Positions 14,822-18,971 of a stretch of 18,971 nt of DNA are shown here, piece after piece (position 1 is the first letter of the stretch; each line of letters starts with the position of its first letter). The notes beneath the pieces were generated by a model, which was not told the origin of the DNA, made no database searches, and saw nothing but the letters and a program-made list of their open reading frames with translations. The DNA lies in NCBI GenBank assembly GCA_023954375.1, contig JAMLIC010000006.1, forward strand, positions 1-18,971. Reading direction: 5' to 3'. Made by a program: the position numbers and the translations under genes. Origin of the DNA: Planctomycetota bacterium (lineage in GTDB: Bacteria > Planctomycetota > J058).

Positions 14822-14900
14822 ACGGAAGAGTTTACAGCTCGGGCCGCGAACCACGAAAGATCTCGCCGCCCACCGGATACCCAGGGCGAAGGAGGTCCCC
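14822..14900. promoter_or_regulatory. 79-bp divergent intergenic spacer between the ECF sigma gene (minus) and a lipoprotein gene (plus). Contains TTTACA (14831-14836) and the SD AAGGAGG (14887-14893) for the lipoprotein gene.
   Basis: Noticeably lower GC than the flanks. Near-consensus -35-like hexamer and a strong SD 7 nt before the ATG at 14901, read directly. No convincing -10 found. Confidence 0.4.
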
Positions 14901-15914
14901 ATGCACCGCGTCTCGCACGGCCTGATCGGCGTCGTCTTCTTCGGCCTCGTGGCCCTGGGCTGCGGCGACTCGAGCGGCTCGTCGCCGCTGCCGGGCGGCG
15001 CGCCGCCCCAGGTCCCGTCGTCGTTCGAGCCGTCGCCGCCGGCCCCGCCGGAGCCGCCGCCGCCGGCCCCGCCGTCGCCGCCGCCCGCGCCCCCGCCAGC
15101 CCCGCCCGCCGACGACCTGGCGCCCTCGAGCGACGACTTCTCGGACCCCGCCCGCCTCGGCGAGTGGCAGCGGATCCACCTGGTGGAGCAGTGGGGGTTC
15201 GACCAGGTCGAGGCGCTCGACGTGGGGACGACCCGCGCCGGGTGGCTGACGATGGTCCCCCACACCAGCTCCTGGTACGAGGACTACCGCGGCGAGCTCA
15301 TGTTCAAGGAGGTCGACGGCGACGTCGTGGTCACGACCCGCGTCCTGGCCACGAACCGGGCCGGGACGGGGGCCCCGAGCAGGTCCTACTCCCTGGCCGG
15401 GCTCATGGTCCGGGCGCCCCGCAACGTGACCCCGGCCACGTGGCAGCCGGGCGGCGAGAACTACGTGTTCCTGTCGATCGGCGCGGCCAACGCGCCGGGG
15501 CTCGCCCAGACCGAGGTCAAGACCACCGAGGGCAGCGTCTCCACGCTGACGATCGAGCAGGCCGCCGGCCTCGAGGCCCGCATCCGCGTCGCGCGCGTCG
15601 GGGCGGCGGTGATCACCCTCATCCGCGAGGAGGGGACGCCCTGGCGCGTCCACCGGCGCTTCGCCCGGCCCGACCTGCCCTCGACCCTGCAGGTGGGGCT
15701 GACCGTCTACACGGACTGGGAGACGGTGCAGACCTTCACGCCCCAGGAGCACAACACGACGCTCATCACCACGGGGACCCCCGACCTGCGCGCGCAGTTC
15801 GACTTCGTCACCTTCGCCAGGCCCGCCGTCCCCGCCGCCCTCGTCGGCCGGGACCTCGTCGACGCCGCCGACGTCTCCGACGCGGAGCTCCTGGCGTTCC
15901 TGGGCGACGACTGA
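14901..15914 (+). CDS. Hypothetical lipoprotein: signal peptide with lipobox LVALGC, a long Pro-rich linker, and a ~260-aa C-terminal domain predicted to be beta-rich.
   Basis: ATG with AAGGAGG SD. MHRVSHGLIGVVFFGLVALGCGDSSG. (PAPPxPPP)n linker. The domain has alternating hydrophobic beta-strand-like segments (YVFLSIG, VITLIRE, LQVGLTVYTDWE, FDFVTFARP). Family not recognised. Confidence 0.7.
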   Translation: MHRVSHGLIGVVFFGLVALGCGDSSGSSPLPGGAPPQVPSSFEPSPPAPPEPPPPAPPSPPPAPPPAPPADDLAPSSDDFSDPARLGEWQRIHLVEQWGFDQVEALDVGTTRAGWLTMVPHTSSWYEDYRGELMFKEVDGDVVVTTRVLATNRAGTGAPSRSYSLAGLMVRAPRNVTPATWQPGGENYVFLSIGAANAPGLAQTEVKTTEGSVSTLTIEQAAGLEARIRVARVGAAVITLIREEGTPWRVHRRFARPDLPSTLQVGLTVYTDWETVQTFTPQEHNTTLITTGTPDLRAQFDFVTFARPAVPAALVGRDLVDAADVSDAELLAFLGDD

Positions 15915-15996
15915 CCGTGAGCGCGGCTCCGGCGCGCTCCGTCCGCGCTCCTGGCGCGCCCGCCCCGCGGTAGACTCATCCCGCCGGAGTATTACG
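15915..15996 (+). promoter_or_regulatory. Upstream region of the nik/cbi operon with an imperfect palindrome GTAGACTC-N9-GAGTATTAC (15970-15995) overlapping the SD GGAG. Candidate metalloregulator operator or promoter.
   Basis: Read directly. It is the only AT-richer patch in this spacer. 82 bp is too short for a B12 riboswitch. Confidence 0.3.
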
Positions 15997-16710
15997 ATGA
16001 CACGGATCCTCATACCCGCCGCGCTGCTGCTCTCGGCGGGGAGCGCCCTGGCCCACTTCCCGATCCTCCTCCCGGTCACGCCGTGGGGTCGTCGGGGGCA
16101 GGCGCTCGAGCTCGTCTATGTCTTCGGGCACCCGTTCGAGGGCGACCGCGCCCCGGCGCCGCGGCCGACGCGGTTCACGGTGCTCCCGCCCACGCAGCCC
16201 GCCGTCGACCTCCTGCCCGCGCTGGGGGACGCCGCCGAGCAGGCGGAGTGGCGGGCGCGCTTCACCCCGGACGAGCGCGGCGACCACGTGGTGGCGCTGA
16301 CCGGGCCGCTGCAGGAGCACGAGGGGAAGCGCTTCCAGGACTTCGTGAAGGTCGTCGTGCACGTGCCCTCCGTCCAGCGCGGCTGGGACCGCGTCGTGGG
16401 CGACCCGCTCGAGGTCGTCCCCCTCACCCGCCCCTACGGGGTCCCGGTGGGGTCCACGTTCCGCGCCGAGGTGCTCGCCGGCGGCGCGCCGCTCGTCCAC
16501 GCGGCCGTCGAGGTCGAGTATCGACACGAGGCGCCGCCCGACCCGCTCCCGCCCGAGCCGTTCATCACGCGCGTCGAGCGCACGGACCGCGCCGGCGCCT
16601 TCGCGACCACGCTGGACCGCGCCGGCTGGTGGATCCTCAGCGTCACCCGCGAGGCCGACGGCGGCGTCCAGCGCGCCTCCCTGTGGGTCCACGTCGGCCC
16701 CGTCGAGTGA
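15997..16710 (+). CDS. nikK: DUF4198 / COG5266 (CbiK/NikK-type) periplasmic component of an ECF Ni/Co transporter.
   Basis: Signal peptide MTRILIPAALLLSAGSALA, predicted to be cleaved before HF. Size ~237 aa. Sits immediately upstream of cbiM/nikM, as in NikKMLQO-type operons. GGAG SD 9 nt upstream. Confidence 0.6.
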   Translation: MTRILIPAALLLSAGSALAHFPILLPVTPWGRRGQALELVYVFGHPFEGDRAPAPRPTRFTVLPPTQPAVDLLPALGDAAEQAEWRARFTPDERGDHVVALTGPLQEHEGKRFQDFVKVVVHVPSVQRGWDRVVGDPLEVVPLTRPYGVPVGSTFRAEVLAGGAPLVHAAVEVEYRHEAPPDPLPPEPFITRVERTDRAGAFATTLDRAGWWILSVTREADGGVQRASLWVHVGPVE

Positions 16711-16714
16711 CCCC

Positions 16715-17362
16715 GTGCACGTGAGCGATGGGACCCCGATCCCCGCGCTCGTCCTGCTCGGCAGCGGCGGCGCCGCCGTGCTGCTCACCTGGGCGACGCT
16801 CCCGCGGCTGGCGGCGGCGTCGCCCGCGCGCGTGGCCGCGGCCACGTCGGTGTTCTTCGTCGCCTCGCAGCTCGCCTTCCCCGTGCCGCCGACGAGCGTC
16901 CACCTGTCCTTCCTCGGGCTCGCCGGCGTGCTCCTCGGGCGCGCGGCCTTCCCGGCGGTGCTCGTGGGGCTCGTCCTCCAGCGGGCGCTGCTCGGCCACG
17001 GCGGCTGGACGACGCTCCCCCTGAACGCGTGCACCATGGGCCTCGGGGCCCTCGTGGCCGGGCTCGTCTTCCACGCCGGAGGCGCCGGCGGGCGCATCCT
17101 CGGCCGGCCCGCCTGGCGGGCGGCGACCGCCGCCGCCCTGGGGACCGCCACGGCGCTGGGCCTCTACGGGGCGGCGCTCCTCTCGGCGGGGGACGCCCTG
17201 CGCGACGTGGCCTGGGTGTGCGTCGTCGCGCACGCGCCCGTCCTCGTGGTGGAGACCCTCCTCACCGCGCAGGCGGCCGCCTACCTGGCCCGCGTCCAGC
17301 CGACGCTCCTCGCCCCGCCCCCGGCCCCCGCGCCCTCGACCGCCGCCGGGGCGCCGCCGTGA
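16715..17362 (+). CDS. nikM: CbiM/NikM substrate-capture (S) component of an ECF-type Ni/Co transporter.
   Basis: GTG-initiated N-terminus M-H-V-S-D-G matches the conserved CbiM/NikM MH(I/V)xDG metal-binding N-terminus. Multiple TM helices. Begins 4 nt after the preceding stop. Confidence 0.75.
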   Translation: MHVSDGTPIPALVLLGSGGAAVLLTWATLPRLAAASPARVAAATSVFFVASQLAFPVPPTSVHLSFLGLAGVLLGRAAFPAVLVGLVLQRALLGHGGWTTLPLNACTMGLGALVAGLVFHAGGAGGRILGRPAWRAATAAALGTATALGLYGAALLSAGDALRDVAWVCVVAHAPVLVVETLLTAQAAAYLARVQPTLLAPPPAPAPSTAAGAPP

Positions 17363-17829
17363 CCCGCGCCCCCCTGATCGCCGCCGCGCTGGCGCTCCTG
17401 GCGCTCGCCGGACCGGCGCGGGCCCACCGCCTGAACGTCGAGGCGCGCCTGGAGGCGGGGCGGGTCGTGGTCGAGGTCTACTTCAGCGACGGGACCGTCC
17501 CCGTCGGCGCCGAGGTGGTGGCCTCGCGCGAGGGCGTCGAGGTGGCGCGCGGCCGCACCGACGCCGCCGGCCTGTGGACGTTCGCCCCCCCGGGCGCCGG
17601 GCGCTACGCGCTCGCGGTCACCGAGCCGGGGCTGCACCGCGGGCGGGCCGCCGTCGACGTCCGGGCGGCCGACCTGCCCGCGGTCGAGGCCGGCCCCCCC
17701 GCGCCGGAGGCCGCCCCACCGCCCACGCGGCGCGACGGGACCGACTGGGTCGGGCTGGCCGCGGGGCTGGCGATCATCACCCTCCTGGCCCTGGGCCTGG
17801 GGCGGCTGCAGCGGGCGAGGCGGCCGTGA
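17359..17829 (+). CDS. nikL: Small bitopic membrane protein: N-terminal signal/TM, a ~100-aa beta-rich periplasmic domain, and a C-terminal TM. NikL-like component that takes the place of CbiN/NikN.
   Basis: GTG overlaps the nikM stop as GTGA. LIAAALALLALAGPARA then HRLNVEARLEAGRVVVEVYFSDGT..., and a C-terminal WVGLAAGLAIITLLALGLG. Its position between M and Q matches the NikKMLQO order. The assignment comes from architecture and context only. Confidence 0.5.
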   Translation: MTRAPLIAAALALLALAGPARAHRLNVEARLEAGRVVVEVYFSDGTVPVGAEVVASREGVEVARGRTDAAGLWTFAPPGAGRYALAVTEPGLHRGRAAVDVRAADLPAVEAGPPAPEAAPPPTRRDGTDWVGLAAGLAIITLLALGLGRLQRARRP

Positions 17830-18566
17830 GCGAGCCCTGGCTGGCGCGGCGTGACGACCGCGCCCGGCTGGTGGCCTTCGGGCTCCTGGCCGCGCCGTTG
17901 AGCGCGCTCGGCTCGCCGGCGCCGCTGGCGCTCGGCGCCGCGGCGGGCGCGCTGGTGGCCGCGACGAGCGGCCTCCCCTGGCGCCTGGCGCTGCGCCGGC
18001 TCGCGCCGGTGCTCGCGCTCGTCGTGCCGGTGACCCTCCTCACCCCCTTCTGGGCGCCGCCGGGGGCGCGAGCGCTGTTCGACAGCTGGCCCGGCGGGCC
18101 GACCCGCGAGGGGGCCGCCATGGCCGGGTCGATCGCCCTGCGCGCCCTGGCGCTCGGCCTCCTGGCGGTGGGCGCCTTCGCCGTGCCCCTGCCCCGCACG
18201 CTGGCGGCGGCCAGCCGCCTGGGCGCGCCCGCGCCGCTGGTCCACACGGCGCTGCTCTCGGTGCGCTTCGTGGAGCGCCTCGACGACGACCTGGCGCGCG
18301 CCGGCCGCGCGCTCCGCCTGCGCGGGTTCCGCCCCCGGCCGGACCTCGCCACCTCGCGCACCTACGCGGCCCTCACGGGGGCGCTGCTCGTCCGCAGCGT
18401 GGCGCGCACCGAGCGCGTCGAGGCGGCCATGCGCCTGCGCGGCTACGCCGGCCGGCTGGTCCTCCCTCCGCGCGGGCCCTTCGGCCCGCGCGACGCGCTC
18501 CTGGTCCTCGCGGCGGCGGGCCTCGCCCTGGGGCTGCTCCTCCTCGACCACGGCCGGGGAGCCTGA
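17826..18566 (+). CDS. nikQ: CbiQ/NikQ transmembrane (T) component of an ECF transporter.
   Basis: GTG overlaps the previous stop as GTGA. Hydrophobic ~246-aa protein. Its C-terminal region contains the Ala-Arg-Gly signature of the T-component coupling helices (ARAGRALRLRG). Sits between nikL and the ATPase. Confidence 0.7.
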   Translation: MSEPWLARRDDRARLVAFGLLAAPLSALGSPAPLALGAAAGALVAATSGLPWRLALRRLAPVLALVVPVTLLTPFWAPPGARALFDSWPGGPTREGAAMAGSIALRALALGLLAVGAFAVPLPRTLAAASRLGAPAPLVHTALLSVRFVERLDDDLARAGRALRLRGFRPRPDLATSRTYAALTGALLVRSVARTERVEAAMRLRGYAGRLVLPPRGPFGPRDALLVLAAAGLALGLLLLDHGRGA

Positions 18567-18971
18567 GTGGACCCGGCCGTCCTCGAGGCGCGCGACCTGG
18601 GCTACGCCTACCCGGGGCGGGAGGGGGTGCTCGCGGGCGTGTCGCTGCGCATCGGCCCCGGCGAGCGGGTGGGGCTCGTCGGCCCCAACGGGGCGGGCAA
18701 GTCGACGCTCCTCCTCCTGCTCGCGGGCGCGCTCGCGCCGACCGCCGGCGCGCTGCTCCTCGACGGGCGCCCCGTCGACGCCGCCCGGCTCGACGAGCTG
18801 CGGCGCCGCGTCGGCCTCGTCTTCCAGCTCGCCGACGACATGCTCTTCACCACCTCGGTCGAGGACGACGTGGCCTTCGGGCCGCGCCACCTGGGGCTCG
18901 CGCCGGACGAGGTCGAGCGGCGCGTCGGCGAGGCCCTGGCGGCCGTCGGCGCGCTCCCCCTGCGCGGGCGC
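18567..18971 (+). CDS. nikO: CbiO/NikO ABC ATPase (A component) of the ECF transporter, 5' fragment truncated by the window end.
   Basis: GTG 1 nt after the nikQ TGA. Walker [11 protein letters not shown]-loop region [25 protein letters not shown] is typical of CbiO/EcfA. Confidence 0.85.
   Translation, partial: MDPAVLEARDLGYAYPGREGVLAGVSLRIGPGERVGLVGPNGAGKSTLLLLLAGALAPTAGALLLDGRPVDAARLDELRRRVGLVFQLADDMLFTTSVEDDVAFGPRHLGLAPDEVERRVGEALAAVGALPLRGR

Noticed and set aside
14822-14900. ECF-type promoter (GGAAC-N16/17-CGTC-like) in the divergent spacer.
   Set aside because: GAACC is present but no properly spaced CGT(C/A) -10 element was found. Only TTTACA, a sigma70-like -35, is notable.
285-14925. 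Long plus-strand ORFs listed in the track: 285..1889, 1645..3201, 3223..4731, 3413..5194, 5178..6404, 5659..7092, 6758..8335, 8371..9786, 9930..12167, 11470..13002, 12837..14186 and 13606..14925.
   Set aside because: They are antisense to well-supported minus-strand genes. Their translations are Arg/Gly/Ala/Pro-rich with poor GC3 bias and no recognisable motifs. This is the typical stop-codon-free shadow-frame pattern of >70% GC DNA.
14901-15914. Homology between the lipoprotein C-terminal domain and the kinase ectodomain, which would suggest a ligand/sensor pair.
   Set aside because: There are only vague resemblances (beta-strand-like hydrophobic alternation) and no convincing shared motif by eye. 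Left as a testable idea (HHpred / structure comparison), not a claim.
15915-15996. Cobalamin (B12) riboswitch upstream of the cbi/nik-type operon.
   Set aside because: The spacer is only 82 bp. No B12-box-like sequence was seen, and ~200 nt would be needed.
14832-18890. Long minus-strand ORFs after 14900: 14832..16079, 15976..17151, 16643..17233, 17281..17637, 17604..18890 and 17777..18361.
   Set aside because: They are antisense to the lipoprotein and nikKMLQO genes. Their products are Arg/Gly-rich nonsense. The plus-strand genes carry SD sequences, signal peptides and family motifs.
1-18971. CRISPR arrays, tRNA/rRNA genes, IS elements or integrases.
   Set aside because: I saw no spaced direct repeats, cloverleaf-like conserved tRNA segments, transposase motifs (DDE) or terminal inverted repeats on either strand.

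Overview
This is an 18,971-bp window of very GC-rich DNA (roughly 70-75% GC, with near-saturated third-codon-position GC in real genes). The genes are densely packed and typical of a Myxococcota-like (or possibly Planctomycete-like) genome. I could not run homology searches, so organism and family calls rest on motifs I recognise by eye.

The window has two transcriptional blocks.

(1) From about 14821 down to 279 everything is on the minus strand, as a long string of tightly spaced or overlapping genes. Several junctions are 4-nt GTGA start/stop overlaps, which suggests translational coupling. In order of transcription the genes are:
- an ECF sigma factor;
- a membrane Ser/Thr kinase whose catalytic and ectodomain halves sit in different reading frames at a C5 homopolymer;
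- a secreted PSCyt/PSD-type DUF1592-family protein with a CxxCH haem motif;
- its usual Tat-exported DUF1552 partner;
- a Lys-rich type-I membrane protein with lower local GC;
- NagB (glucosamine-6-phosphate deaminase);
- a DUF1343/NamZ-like lipoprotein;
- a WD40 beta-propeller protein;
- two tandem PilT-family (type IV pilus retraction-type) ATPases. The first carries an N-terminal MshEN-type c-di-GMP-binding motif pair. The second carries a C-terminal PilZ domain with RRxxxR and DxSxxG motifs.

(2) From 14901 to the window end the genes are on the plus strand:
- a lipoprotein with a Pro-rich linker, transcribed divergently from the ECF sigma gene across a 79-bp lower-GC spacer;
- then an ECF-type Ni/Co uptake operon whose gene order matches NikK-M-L-Q-O: a DUF4198 periplasmic protein, CbiM/NikM beginning M-H, a small bitopic protein, CbiQ, and CbiO truncated by the window end.

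The candidate for a novel system is the WD40 plus dual c-di-GMP-receptor PilT-like ATPase module, with no pilus genes nearby. The ECF-sigma/Ser-Thr-kinase pair is the second most interesting item.

Positions 1-120 are pure C/G homopolymer runs, almost certainly a contig-end artefact.

The ORF track contains no stop codons across many frames because of the GC content. Most long plus-strand ORFs between 285 and 14900, and the long minus-strand ORFs after 14900, are antisense or out-of-frame artefacts. I also saw a local 1-nt disagreement between the printed text and the ORF-track coordinates around 8178-8280, so coordinates there carry an uncertainty of +/-1.
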